DNA from: an uncultured Gammaproteobacteria bacterium | GTDB lineage: Bacteria > Patescibacteriota > Microgenomatia > CAYFQP01 | Reading direction: 5' to 3' | DNA: 53,039 nt | Assembly: GCA_964345375.1 (NCBI GenBank) | Contig: CAYFQP010000051.1 | Span: forward strand, 1-53,039 | Part shown: piece by piece, positions 22,840 to 32,544 of the stretch | Layout of the letters: every line of letters starts with the position of its first letter | How positions within the stretch are numbered: position 1 is the first letter of the stretch | The notes under the pieces: model-generated | The model's input: the letters and a program-made list of their open reading frames with translations, nothing else | What the model was told of the DNA's origin: nothing | Databases searched by the model: none | Program-made: the position numbers and the translations under genes

Positions 22840-25716
22840 GTGGCTGAAGAGAAAAGACTTAACAAAGAACAAAAAAAGGCAGTTGAACATGGAAATGGCC
22901 CTCTTCTAATTATTGCTGGAGCAGGGACAGGCAAAACCACGGTTATTACTGAACGGATTAAATGGTTAGTGGCTTCAGAGAAAGCCAAACCCTCAGAGAT
23001 TTTGGCTCTGACTTTTACTGACAAGGCGGCTCGAGAAATGGAAGAGCGGGTTGATATTGCCATGCCCTATGGTTACACGGATATGTGGATATCGACTTTT
23101 CATTCTTTTTGTGACCGCATTCTTCGTCAAGAGGCTCTTCAGATCGGTCTTGATCCAGGCTATAAATTAATGAACGAAGCAGAAATGACTCAATTTTTGA
23201 TTAGAAATTTATTTAAGTTTGATTTGGATTATTTTCGTCCCCTAGGTAATCCAACCAAATTTGTTAGGGGAATGCTGCGACATTTTTCCAGACTTAAAGA
23301 CGAAGATGTTAGTCCAGAAGAGTATTTAAAGCATGCGAAGAAAGTAACTAAAAAAGCGAAAACCAAAGAAGAGAAAGATGAGGCTAAGAAAACAATTGAA
23401 TTAGCCAATGCCTACCAGACTTATGAAAAATTAAAAGTCAAAGAAGGAGTAGTAGACTTTGCTGATCTGATTTCTCAGACTCTTAAACTTTTTCGAACCC
23501 GGAAGAACGTTCTTCAGCAATACCGAGAACAGTTTAAATATATTCTTGTTGATGAGTTTCAAGACACTAATTATGCTCAGAATGAGTTAGCCATGCTTTT
23601 GGCGGGAAAGAAGGCTAACATTGCTGTCACTGGTGACGATGATCAATCGATTTATAGATTTCGAGGAGCAGCGGTTTCCAATATTATCCAGTTTCGAAAG
23701 AATTATCCAAAAGCCAAAATTGTGGTTCTTTTAAACAATTATCGCTCGACCCAGACGATTTTAGATTATGCTTATCAACTAATTCAGAATAATAATCCTG
23801 ACCGTTTGGAAGTTAAAGAAAAAATTGATAAAAAACTTGAAGCTGTCCGAAAAGGGAGAGGAAAAAAAATAGAATTTATCCACAATGACCGGGTGGAAAA
23901 CGAAGCCGAAGCAGTCGCCAAGAAAATACGATCTTTGACTGGCGAACAAGAATATGACTATAAAGATATTGCTATTTTAGTCAGAGCTAATAGTCATGTT
24001 GATCCTTTTGTTCGAGCCTTGGCTAGAGCCGGAATTCCTTATCAGTTTTTGGGACCTGGTCAACTTTTCCGTCAGGCTGAAGTCAAAGATTTAATTGCTT
24101 ATCTAAAAGTCCTTTATGATATTGCTGATGATGTTTCTTTATACCGAGTGCTTTCCATGAAGCACTTTGATCTTGCTGGGCGAGATTTGGCAGGAATCAA
24201 TAGTTATAGACGGAGAATGAATCTTTCTCTTTTTGAAGCTTGCGAGCAAATCGAGAAAATATCTGTCTCTAAGAAAACTAAAGATAAAATTAATTGGTTT
24301 GTCAAGATGGTTCACCGCCACTTAAAGCTTCTTCCTAAAGAAACTGCTGGTCAAATCCTCTATTACTTTTTAGAAGATACGGGTTTATTAAAAAAAATGA
24401 CGGATTATAAGACTGTCTTAGAGGAAAAACAGGCTCAAAATATTTCTGCGTTTTTTGACCGTTTAAAGACTTATGAAGTTGACCACGAAGACGCTTCGGT
24501 TAGGGCGGTAGTCGACTGGATTAGTCTCTCTATGGATTTGGGCGAGTCACCTTTAGCAAGCAATCTTGATTGGACTGAAGAAAACAGAGTTAATCTTCTA
24601 ACTGTTCATTCAGCTAAGGGCTTAGAGTTTCCGATTGTCTTTTTAGTCAATTTAGTGGCCGCTCGTTTTCCCAGTCGAGAGCGACGGGAGCAGATTCCCA
24701 TTCCTGAAGATTTGATTAAAGAGATTTTGCCAATAGGTGATTATCATGAACAAGAAGAAAGAAGACTTTTTTACGTAGGCATGACCCGGGCTTGCGACCA
24801 ATTATTTTTAACTGCCGCTAATTATTATGGCGAAGCCAAGCGGGAAAAAAAGATTTCTCAATTCGTAATTGAGATATTGGGTGAGGGAGCAATTAGGAAG
24901 CCAGCGGGCCAGTCCTTAAATGGTCAACTTTCATTACTTTCTTGGCAAGCTCAAGAACAAAAAGAGCCAGAGGCTCTTCGTCGATCACCGATAAGTTATC
25001 TCTCTTTTTCCCAAATTGATATTTTTAATACCTGCCCTTATCAATATCGTCTCCGCTACATCCAAAGAATTCCAGTCGCTCCCTCCGCTGCCCAAAGTTT
25101 CGGGACCTCGATGCACCAAACTTTACGCGATTTTTATCAAGAGATAAAGGACGACCAAGAATTGACCAAGAAAGATCTCTTGAAACTCCTCGAAGTTAAT
25201 TGGTCACCCCAGGGTTATGCTAGTAAATCCCATGAGGAGCGGATGAAAAACCAAGGCCGGCGAATGCTGATTGACTTTTATAAACAATTCGACCCGAAAG
25301 TTATTCCTAAAGATTTAGAGCAACCTTTTGTTGTTCGCGTCAGTCCTCAATTAAAGATTGGTGGTAAAATTGATCGAGTCGACGAGAAGAAAGGAGAGCT
25401 GGAGATAATTGACTACAAGACTGGTAAGGTGATGGAGCAAAAAGAAATTGATAAGTCTTTGCAGATGACCGTCTACGCTTTAGCGGCCACAGACAAAGGT
25501 ATCTATAACAAAAAACCTGGAGAAGTTACCCTAAGTTTTTATTATTTAGACACAGGCGAGAAAAAGTCGACTAAAAGGACAAGAGAAGATTTAAAAAAAG
25601 CAAAAAAAGAATTATTAAAAAAGGCTAAAGAAGTCGAAAAAAGTGATTTTCCACCTAAACCAGGAATCTGGTGTGATTTTTGTGACTTTAAGCTTCTTTG
25701 TGAGGCTTGGAGATAA
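22840..25716 (+). CDS. UvrD/AddA-type SF1 helicase fused to a C-terminal Cas4/AddB-type 4-Cys PD-(D/E)XK nuclease
   Basis: Walker A AGAGTGKT, DEFQDTN, YRFRGA, NYRST, VHSAKGLEF, YVGMTRA. C-terminal TCPYQYRLRY, GKIDRVDEKKGELEIIDYKTGK, QMTVYALA, CDFCDFKLLC. Confidence 0.85.
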   Translation: MAEEKRLNKEQKKAVEHGNGPLLIIAGAGTGKTTVITERIKWLVASEKAKPSEILALTFTDKAAREMEERVDIAMPYGYTDMWISTFHSFCDRILRQEALQIGLDPGYKLMNEAEMTQFLIRNLFKFDLDYFRPLGNPTKFVRGMLRHFSRLKDEDVSPEEYLKHAKKVTKKAKTKEEKDEAKKTIELANAYQTYEKLKVKEGVVDFADLISQTLKLFRTRKNVLQQYREQFKYILVDEFQDTNYAQNELAMLLAGKKANIAVTGDDDQSIYRFRGAAVSNIIQFRKNYPKAKIVVLLNNYRSTQTILDYAYQLIQNNNPDRLEVKEKIDKKLEAVRKGRGKKIEFIHNDRVENEAEAVAKKIRSLTGEQEYDYKDIAILVRANSHVDPFVRALARAGIPYQFLGPGQLFRQAEVKDLIAYLKVLYDIADDVSLYRVLSMKHFDLAGRDLAGINSYRRRMNLSLFEACEQIEKISVSKKTKDKINWFVKMVHRHLKLLPKETAGQILYYFLEDTGLLKKMTDYKTVLEEKQAQNISAFFDRLKTYEVDHEDASVRAVVDWISLSMDLGESPLASNLDWTEENRVNLLTVHSAKGLEFPIVFLVNLVAARFPSRERREQIPIPEDLIKEILPIGDYHEQEERRLFYVGMTRACDQLFLTAANYYGEAKREKKISQFVIEILGEGAIRKPAGQSLNGQLSLLSWQAQEQKEPEALRRSPISYLSFSQIDIFNTCPYQYRLRYIQRIPVAPSAAQSFGTSMHQTLRDFYQEIKDDQELTKKDLLKLLEVNWSPQGYASKSHEERMKNQGRRMLIDFYKQFDPKVIPKDLEQPFVVRVSPQLKIGGKIDRVDEKKGELEIIDYKTGKVMEQKEIDKSLQMTVYALAATDKGIYNKKPGEVTLSFYYLDTGEKKSTKRTREDLKKAKKELLKKAKEVEKSDFPPKPGIWCDFCDFKLLCEAWR

Positions 25717-25717
25717 T

Positions 25718-26560
25718 TTAAAAGAAAAACCTTGCTAAGGGACTGTACTCCTTAGTAAAACTTCCTGGATATTCAATTTCTTTGCCACCAAAGCTTTTCT
25801 TAAAATGAGTAAAGCCATGCCAGGACTTGGTTGACTTGAATCTTGGGTCCTCAATGCCTTCAAAATCGAAAATTTGACAACCTTGGTTTTTAGCTAATTT
25901 GATTCCTTCCCAAACAAGGAGATAGGGAGCAAAAAGTTTTTGGCCCTCTTTCGAGGAAAAAGCATAGTAGTAATACGTTATTTTGTCGTGTTTAAGAAGG
26001 ATAATGCCGGCTAAAATTGGTTCGCTTTTTGTATTTTTAGCGGTTAGTTGAAAGAAATCATTTTTGAAAGAATTTTTAAGAGCCTTAAGCCATTTTAACG
26101 AAGGGATCCAGAGCCGGCGATAATTATATTTTTTCCAGGCTTGATGGAAGGTCCGAAGTGGGACTTTAATTAATTGAAGTTGATTTCTTTGAGCCTTCCG
26201 GATTGAATAACGAGCATCTTTTTTCATCTGGGCTAAAATTTTTTCTTGAGAGAGAGTTAAATCAATTTGGAGAGTTTTTGGTGGTGCATAAGGAGACTTG
26301 TCTTCTTTATATCCATGTTTCTTTAATTTTTTTATATCTTTGTGGTTTTGGGGTTCGATTTTTAGACAGAAAGCTTGGTATTTTTTTGCCAGTTTTTCAA
26401 TTTGAGAAAAAGGAATTTTCTCTGGCCGCTGGATTTTAATGAAAGAACCAAGAAGAGGTAATTTTTTAATAAAAACTTGGCAGTTATTAAGCTCTTCAGT
26501 CCTCCAGCCAATTTTCTCCATGTATTTTCCATATTGAGGTGATTGGCGAAGATCAGTCAT
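25718..26560 (-). CDS. FemAB-family (aminoacyl-tRNA dependent) peptidoglycan peptide-bridge transferase, short paralog
   Basis: FemAB-like N-terminus (LRQSPQYGKYMEKIGW) and GNAT-like C-terminal half (YYYYAFSSKEGQKLFAPYLLVWEGIKLAK). Start overlaps the stop of the upstream paralog. Confidence 0.65.
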   Translation of the reverse strand: MTDLRQSPQYGKYMEKIGWRTEELNNCQVFIKKLPLLGSFIKIQRPEKIPFSQIEKLAKKYQAFCLKIEPQNHKDIKKLKKHGYKEDKSPYAPPKTLQIDLTLSQEKILAQMKKDARYSIRKAQRNQLQLIKVPLRTFHQAWKKYNYRRLWIPSLKWLKALKNSFKNDFFQLTAKNTKSEPILAGIILLKHDKITYYYYAFSSKEGQKLFAPYLLVWEGIKLAKNQGCQIFDFEGIEDPRFKSTKSWHGFTHFKKSFGGKEIEYPGSFTKEYSPLARFFF

Positions 26561-27618
26561 TAAAGCGGTAGCCTGGCCTTAATCCTTAGAAACTTCCAGC
26601 GAAGAAAATCAGCTAAAGTAAAAAGCCGATAACGAAGGGGATTAATCACTAAATCATAAGTGCCGATAAATTCTATTAATTGGGGATTGAATCCCATCTT
26701 AAATCGGTGAAAACCATACCAGGGATCTGTCTTGGATGGGTCTGGCCCAGGTGTTCCCCAGAGATCAAAAGTCTCACAACCCATTCTTTTGCCAAACCTA
26801 ATCGCTTCCCACATCATGGCATAGGAAGGCATTACTTCGCGATGTTCACGGGAAGAGCCACCATAAGGATAGTAGAGAACGTTATTAAAAATAAAAAGAA
26901 TCCAGGTAACCAAAGGCTTATTTTGGTAGCTGGCGACAAAAAGGTGGGCAGTTAAACCCTGATTCTTTTGATTCGATGGTTTTAGAGTTTGCCACATTTT
27001 TCGGTGATAATCTTTATCATGGGCATAGAAACCTTGCCTCTCTGTTGTCTCGAAAAGGAGTTTTAAGTGGGTGTTAAATACCTGATCAGAGTTATCCTCG
27101 ACTATTTTGACCCCATGTCTTTCAGAAAGGCGGATATTATATCTTGTTTTGGAATGCATGGCCGCCATTAGTTCTTCCTCGCTTTTTTTCAGATCTAACC
27201 AAAATGTCCAGCGAGGAAAAAGAGAGCGGCCGGGAAGACAGCCATTGTTAAGGAGAAAGTCTTTGATTTCGACATATCTTGATTCTGACTGACCATGATT
27301 AATGGGGCCGCCCACATTGGGCTCCATTTTAACGAAAATAGCTTTTTCTTTTTGGGCCAACTTTTTTAAGGCTACTAACATAGGTTTGTCGGGTAGCGGA
27401 CCTTTAGGAAAATAAATGACTGAATATTTTGTTTTTGGAATAGGATGAAAGAAGACTTGATAGCCAGAAACGAGTTTCTTTTTATCAAAAACACCCAATC
27501 TGACTATCTTTTTCCCAGTCGTTTTTCTAAACTCACCCCATTCCCAGGACTGCAACGGGTGGTGGACTAAGGAGTTATATTTTTGTTTTTCTTTTTCTGA
27601 GACTTCACGGGTAATCAT
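26560..27618 (-). CDS. FemAB-family peptidoglycan peptide-bridge transferase (FemX/MurM-like)
   Basis: HPLQSWEWGEFRK, TRYNIRLSERHGV and YYPYGGSSREHREVMPSYAMMWEAIRFGK patterns of Fem transferases. Confidence 0.8.
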   Translation of the reverse strand: MITREVSEKEKQKYNSLVHHPLQSWEWGEFRKTTGKKIVRLGVFDKKKLVSGYQVFFHPIPKTKYSVIYFPKGPLPDKPMLVALKKLAQKEKAIFVKMEPNVGGPINHGQSESRYVEIKDFLLNNGCLPGRSLFPRWTFWLDLKKSEEELMAAMHSKTRYNIRLSERHGVKIVEDNSDQVFNTHLKLLFETTERQGFYAHDKDYHRKMWQTLKPSNQKNQGLTAHLFVASYQNKPLVTWILFIFNNVLYYPYGGSSREHREVMPSYAMMWEAIRFGKRMGCETFDLWGTPGPDPSKTDPWYGFHRFKMGFNPQLIEFIGTYDLVINPLRYRLFTLADFLRWKFLRIKARLPL

Positions 27619-29464
27619 TATCCTCTATTGTAGCAAAACCAGGAAGAGAATCTGAAGCCTTAAATAAATAGACAGGAATTTCATTAAGGAAACGAGAGAC
27701 TATATTAACGCTTCTTTGGCCAAAATAAAGCCGTTGACTAGCACAGGAGAGAAATAATCGTTGTTTGGCTCGGGTCATTCCCACATAACAAAGTCGTCTC
27801 TCTTCTTCTATTTCTGACTGATCGATGAGAGATCGAGAATGGGGAAAAAGTCCTTCTTCCATGCCGACCATAAAAACAAAAGGAAATTCTAAGCCTTTGG
27901 CTGCGTGAGCGGTCATTAAAGTTACTGCGTTATTCTTTTTTTCCTTTGGCAGACCTACTCCAGTCGGCAGGTATTCTTGTTGAACAAGGGCTACGTTTTC
28001 TAAAAAATCAATCAACCGGGGAAATTCAGTGGCGACTGATTTTAATTCTTTGATATTTTCCAGACGCATTAGATCTTCTTCTCTTTCAGGATCGTAAAGA
28101 CCTAAATAATCAGTGGTCTCAAAAATTCTATCCATGATTTCTAGAGTCGTTAGCTTTTCAATTCCTTTCTTTTCTAATTCTCTTCTCAGTTTCAAGAATT
28201 TTTCCAGCCGACGTTTACCGATCTTTTCTATTCGTTGATGAGAAACCTTATCTTTAAAATTGATTAATAGACGAAGATAGGCTAAAACATCTTTGATTTC
28301 TTTTCGATCATAAAAACGAGTGCCACCGACCAGAACATAGGGAATGCCAGCATGAAGAAGTTTTTCTTCGATCACTCGAGATTGGGCATTAGTTCGGTAG
28401 AGAACCGCGAATTGGTTCAGAGCCCTCGATCCCCTTTTTAAAAATTCTTCTTGGATGATTTTAATAATAAAATCAGCTTCATCTTTTTCATTGCTCGCTT
28501 GGTAAAAATTAATTTTTTCTCCTTTGGGGTTCTTGGTCCAGAGTTTCAAGATAGGGTGAGAGTGATTGTGTTTAATAACCTCGTTAGCAGCATCAAGAAT
28601 AGTTTGAGTAGAACGATAGTTTTGTTCTAAATTAATAACTTTAATTTCTGGAAAATCCTCTTGGAGCCGGGTTAAGTTACGATAATCAGCCCCCCGCCAA
28701 CCATAAATTGACTGAGAGGCATCGCCAACGACATTGAGGTTGCGCCACTTTTTTGCTAAAAGCTTTGTTAAAATATATTGAGTATGATTGGTATCTTGCC
28801 ACTCATCGACAAGGAGAAACTGGTAGCGATTTTGATATTGTTTTAGAAGGTGGTCCTCACTTTTGAATAATTTAACCGTCTCCATTAATAAATCATCAAA
28901 ATCTAGAGCGTCGGCATCTTTCAGGAATCTTTGATAGGTTAAATAAATCCTAGCGACTGTGGTTTGATAGTGGCCTTTGGCGTATTGAGGATATTCCAAG
29001 GCAGAGATTAATTCGTTTTTGGCTTGAGAGATAGTGTTTAAAACAGACAAAGGATTGAAATCTTTTTGGGAAATATTAAGTTTATCAAGAGCTCTTTTAA
29101 TCGTTTCTCTTTGGTCAGTTTCATCATAAATAAGATAATTAATAGGAATGCTAATTGCCTTACCCTCTTTGCGCAACAACCGAGCACAGAAAGAATGAAA
29201 AGTGCCCGCAAAAGGAAGCTGGGCGCTTTTGACATTCAAGAGCTTTTTAATCCTTTCCTTCATTTCACCGGCAGCTTTGTTGGTGAAGGTGAGAAGAAGA
29301 ATGTTATTAGGAGAAATCTTTTTTTCTTGGATAAGATAAGCAGCCCGGTAAGTCAAAGCCCGAGTTTTGCCACTGCCGGCTCCAGCGAGAATTAACAGAG
29401 GCCCCTCTTCATGTTTAACTGCTTCTTGTTGAGAAGGGTTCAAATCATTTAAAATATTAGCCAC
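27605..29464 (-). CDS. pcrA: UvrD/PcrA-type SF1 DNA helicase (short, 619 aa)
   Basis: LNPSQQEAV, AGAGSGKT, DEWQDTN, YGWRGA, NYRST, AHAAKGLEF, YVGMTRA. GTG start. Confidence 0.9.
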   Translation of the reverse strand: MANILNDLNPSQQEAVKHEEGPLLILAGAGSGKTRALTYRAAYLIQEKKISPNNILLLTFTNKAAGEMKERIKKLLNVKSAQLPFAGTFHSFCARLLRKEGKAISIPINYLIYDETDQRETIKRALDKLNISQKDFNPLSVLNTISQAKNELISALEYPQYAKGHYQTTVARIYLTYQRFLKDADALDFDDLLMETVKLFKSEDHLLKQYQNRYQFLLVDEWQDTNHTQYILTKLLAKKWRNLNVVGDASQSIYGWRGADYRNLTRLQEDFPEIKVINLEQNYRSTQTILDAANEVIKHNHSHPILKLWTKNPKGEKINFYQASNEKDEADFIIKIIQEEFLKRGSRALNQFAVLYRTNAQSRVIEEKLLHAGIPYVLVGGTRFYDRKEIKDVLAYLRLLINFKDKVSHQRIEKIGKRRLEKFLKLRRELEKKGIEKLTTLEIMDRIFETTDYLGLYDPEREEDLMRLENIKELKSVATEFPRLIDFLENVALVQQEYLPTGVGLPKEKKNNAVTLMTAHAAKGLEFPFVFMVGMEEGLFPHSRSLIDQSEIEEERRLCYVGMTRAKQRLFLSCASQRLYFGQRSVNIVSRFLNEIPVYLFKASDSLPGFATIEDNDYP

Positions 29465-29466
29465 AA

Positions 29467-30477
29467 ATGGATTTTAACACGGAGGAACTTAAGAAGAAAC
29501 TGTTTGCCCATCGCTATCTCTGTTGGAGTTTTTTGGGACTGGGTTTGTTCCTTGTTTTTTGGGGGTTATTATTTTTTGTATTCACTAATAGTCTTCCAGG
29601 AAAATTGACTTTGATTTATTTAAATCAACCAACAACAGAATTGGCTAATTCTAATGGCCGAACCAATATTGTTATCTTGGGGTTAGGAGGCAATGAAAAT
29701 ACTACCCAAGACTTAACTGATACAATTATCTTTGTTTCCCTTAATCATTCTGGTAGTGAACCCTTAATGCTATCTTTGCCTCGAGATCTTTGGCTAGAGT
29801 CAATGAAAGCAAAGATTAACACTGCCTATCACTATGAAGGAATCGACCTAGTTAAATCTTCTGTTGAAGAAGTTTTAGGCCAAGAAGTTCATTATGTTTT
29901 TCTATTAGATTTTGATGTTTTTAAAAAAGCGATTGATTTATTAGGGGGATTAGAGATCAATATTGAGAACAGCTTTGATGATTATTGGTTTCCGATTCCT
30001 GGTAAGGAGAATGATTCTTGTGGTGGCGATCCTGAATACAAATGTCGTTATGAGCATGTTCATTTTGAAGCAGGCTGGCAAATACTCGACGGACAGACAG
30101 CTTTGAAATATGTCCGGAGTCGCAATGCTGAAGGAGATGAGGGAACTGATTTTGCCCGGGCCAGGCGGCAACAGAATCTAATTCTGGCTCTTAAAAATAA
30201 TTTATTAACCACTAAAGTTCTCTTAGACTTCAATAAATTGCGAGGACTTTTAAAGATTGCCCAGGAAAGCTTTGCCACTGACATTGAGATCGAAGAGTAT
30301 CCTCTTTGGGCTAAGCTAATGCTTAATTTTGAAAGAGGGGAGATTAATAATCAAGTTTTAAACGGTGAGCACGGCTTGCTTTATCACCCCCAAATTCATT
30401 ATTCTGGCCAGTGGGTGATTTTACCTCGTGACCCAAGCTGGCAAGCAGTCCACGATTTTATTGAGGATTTAATTTAA
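29467..30477 (+). CDS. LytR-CpsA-Psr (LCP) family cell-wall glycopolymer transferase
   Basis: N-terminal TM. TNIVILGLGG...DTIIFVSLN, LSLPRDLW, ALKYVRSRNAEGDEGTDFARARRQQ. Confidence 0.85.
   Translation: MDFNTEELKKKLFAHRYLCWSFLGLGLFLVFWGLLFFVFTNSLPGKLTLIYLNQPTTELANSNGRTNIVILGLGGNENTTQDLTDTIIFVSLNHSGSEPLMLSLPRDLWLESMKAKINTAYHYEGIDLVKSSVEEVLGQEVHYVFLLDFDVFKKAIDLLGGLEINIENSFDDYWFPIPGKENDSCGGDPEYKCRYEHVHFEAGWQILDGQTALKYVRSRNAEGDEGTDFARARRQQNLILALKNNLLTTKVLLDFNKLRGLLKIAQESFATDIEIEEYPLWAKLMLNFERGEINNQVLNGEHGLLYHPQIHYSGQWVILPRDPSWQAVHDFIEDLI
29471..29479 (-). promoter_or_regulatory. extended -10 box TGTTAAAAT, 6 nt before GTG 29464 (lies inside the LCP coding region)
   Basis: Read directly on the minus strand. 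Confidence 0.45.
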
Positions 30478-32544
30478 TCGGTAGAGTTTAGAATTTCCTG
30501 ATTGAAAGACAACCTCTCCTAAATCTTCGAATTTTTCTTCACTCACTTGATATTTTTGTTTTTCCATGTCGCTAACATAAATATAGTCGATTTGATATTT
30601 AGAGATTAATGATTTAACCTTTTCTAGATTTTCCGACTCATAAATAACTTTGACATCAGCTGCTCTTTTACCTGGCTCATCAAAACTACCCCGCCAGAGC
30701 CATTCGTGAACGAGCCAACCTTCAACTGTTGGCAGGCCACTGGCCATGGAAATTCGATTGAATTCAGTATAACTGTCACCTACTGCCTCTAAAACAACTG
30801 GTTGACCTTGAATGTTTTTCTCGAGCCACTGAAGGATCTGGAAATCCTCAGGATGGCTTATCTGAAGGAAAGTCAAACCATCTAATCCTCGATAAATTTT
30901 TAAGTCGCCATAATAGCTTTTGATGGCAAAATAAGGATAAACGAGCGGAGCGGAGATTAAGAGAAAACAGAGAATTAAAAAAGCAATTTTTAATGCCTTT
31001 TCCTTGATGCCTTTAGTAATTCTGGCAATGATGTAGCCACTGGCTAAGGCATAGATCATGAAACTTTGGTAAACAAGTTTAAACATGGTGTTGGCTCGAT
31101 GAAAAGAAGGAATATAAATGTCCTTAACATAAATGATTTCGGGAATGACAATGAGAGTAAAGGCTACTAAGAGAAGAATAGAAACAAAAACATCAGCTGT
31201 TAAGATTTGTGATTTTTTGCTTTTCCATTTTCGAAAGGCTAAGAAAATCGTAAAACTTAGGCAAAAAATCCACTGGTATCCCCAAAGAATAAGTAATTGC
31301 CACCAAAAAGAATGGGCATTAACAAAGGCGACTCCTTGAGCAATTTGTTGAAAATTAAGATGGAAAGGGAGACTGAAAATGATAGTCAGAAAAAGAATAG
31401 CTAGAGAATAGATAGCCGTTTTTAAAAATGTCTCGAATTTCCACTTTGACTTTAAATAATTAAAGTGGAAAATAATAGAACTCGTAATTAAGAAATAAAT
31501 TGGAAAGTCCCAAGAATTGGTCATATACATGGCGGCAAGCACTAGAGCAAGGAGAGAGAAATAAGGAATAAGAGATAGGAAATAAGCCTTTCTTTTCTCT
31601 AAAGAGACTAGAAAGGCGAAAAGTAAGCTAAGAAGCAGTAAAACAAAAGGAATATCAGAAACATGGCCGTGTAAATCCGAGACAACAAAAGAATAAATCG
31701 GAAACTCATGAATAGTCTTATCTTCAGTAGGTGGATTATAACCAATGAATCTTGTCGCGTCAGGATACCAGTAAAACTGAGCTTCGCTTTTAATCGCAGG
31801 AATAAGGTGCCAGGCAGCGGTATGTAGATTTCCTCCTAAAGTAAAGAGAAGAGCTGATAGCAAACCAGCGATAAGAATAGTCCGCCAACTGATTTTTTTG
31901 GAAATCTTGAGCTTGATTTGATTGACAAGATTAATAGCCAAAGAAAAAGTAGCCACAAAGGAAAAACCAAAGATTGTTGCCAACATCAGATTATAAGTAA
32001 TCGCTGATTTAATACCCGAGAACTTAGTTAAGACAGCGGTTACTAAATGGCCGAAATAATAATAGTTAATAGTTTTTCCAGACATCCACATGTCGACAGG
32101 AGGAAAATATTCACTTCTTAAAATTGAGTTGATAAAACCGAAGTCCATGAATTTTTCTAGGCCGTTAATATCTGGCTGAAAACCGCGGATTAGTGACCAA
32201 AAGGTTAAGAAGATGAGAAAAGAGACTTCTTCAAAAAGGATAACTCTCTTAGCGCTTTTTAAGTCTTTTAGTAATTCTTTTTTATATTTTCTAGCAATAA
32301 AGAGATTGATAAGAGTTAAAATGATTAATATTAACCAGACAGAAATTGTTGAAAAGGGTAAGATTCTTAAACTACTAATTAGCCAAACGAAATAAGAAAG
32401 GAGGAGAATGGCCAAGATTTTTGAAAAAATATAGCCCCGATCAAGAAACTTTCGAAAAAACCACCAGGTTAAAGGAAAACTAATTATTCCTAAAACAAAA
32501 AAGAAAAGCCACCAAGTTATAATTAGTAAAAAGTCGCTACTCAT
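30469..32544 (-). CDS. DUF2298 / YYY-motif polytopic membrane protein (GT-C-like)
   Basis: INYYYFGH motif (codons TAT TAT TAT at 32056-32064). More than 15 TM helices. C-terminal soluble domain. Confidence 0.7.
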   Translation of the reverse strand: MSSDFLLIITWWLFFFVLGIISFPLTWWFFRKFLDRGYIFSKILAILLLSYFVWLISSLRILPFSTISVWLILIILTLINLFIARKYKKELLKDLKSAKRVILFEEVSFLIFLTFWSLIRGFQPDINGLEKFMDFGFINSILRSEYFPPVDMWMSGKTINYYYFGHLVTAVLTKFSGIKSAITYNLMLATIFGFSFVATFSLAINLVNQIKLKISKKISWRTILIAGLLSALLFTLGGNLHTAAWHLIPAIKSEAQFYWYPDATRFIGYNPPTEDKTIHEFPIYSFVVSDLHGHVSDIPFVLLLLSLLFAFLVSLEKRKAYFLSLIPYFSLLALVLAAMYMTNSWDFPIYFLITSSIIFHFNYLKSKWKFETFLKTAIYSLAILFLTIIFSLPFHLNFQQIAQGVAFVNAHSFWWQLLILWGYQWIFCLSFTIFLAFRKWKSKKSQILTADVFVSILLLVAFTLIVIPEIIYVKDIYIPSFHRANTMFKLVYQSFMIYALASGYIIARITKGIKEKALKIAFLILCFLLISAPLVYPYFAIKSYYGDLKIYRGLDGLTFLQISHPEDFQILQWLEKNIQGQPVVLEAVGDSYTEFNRISMASGLPTVEGWLVHEWLWRGSFDEPGKRAADVKVIYESENLEKVKSLISKYQIDYIYVSDMEKQKYQVSEEKFEDLGEVVFQSGNSKLYRLN

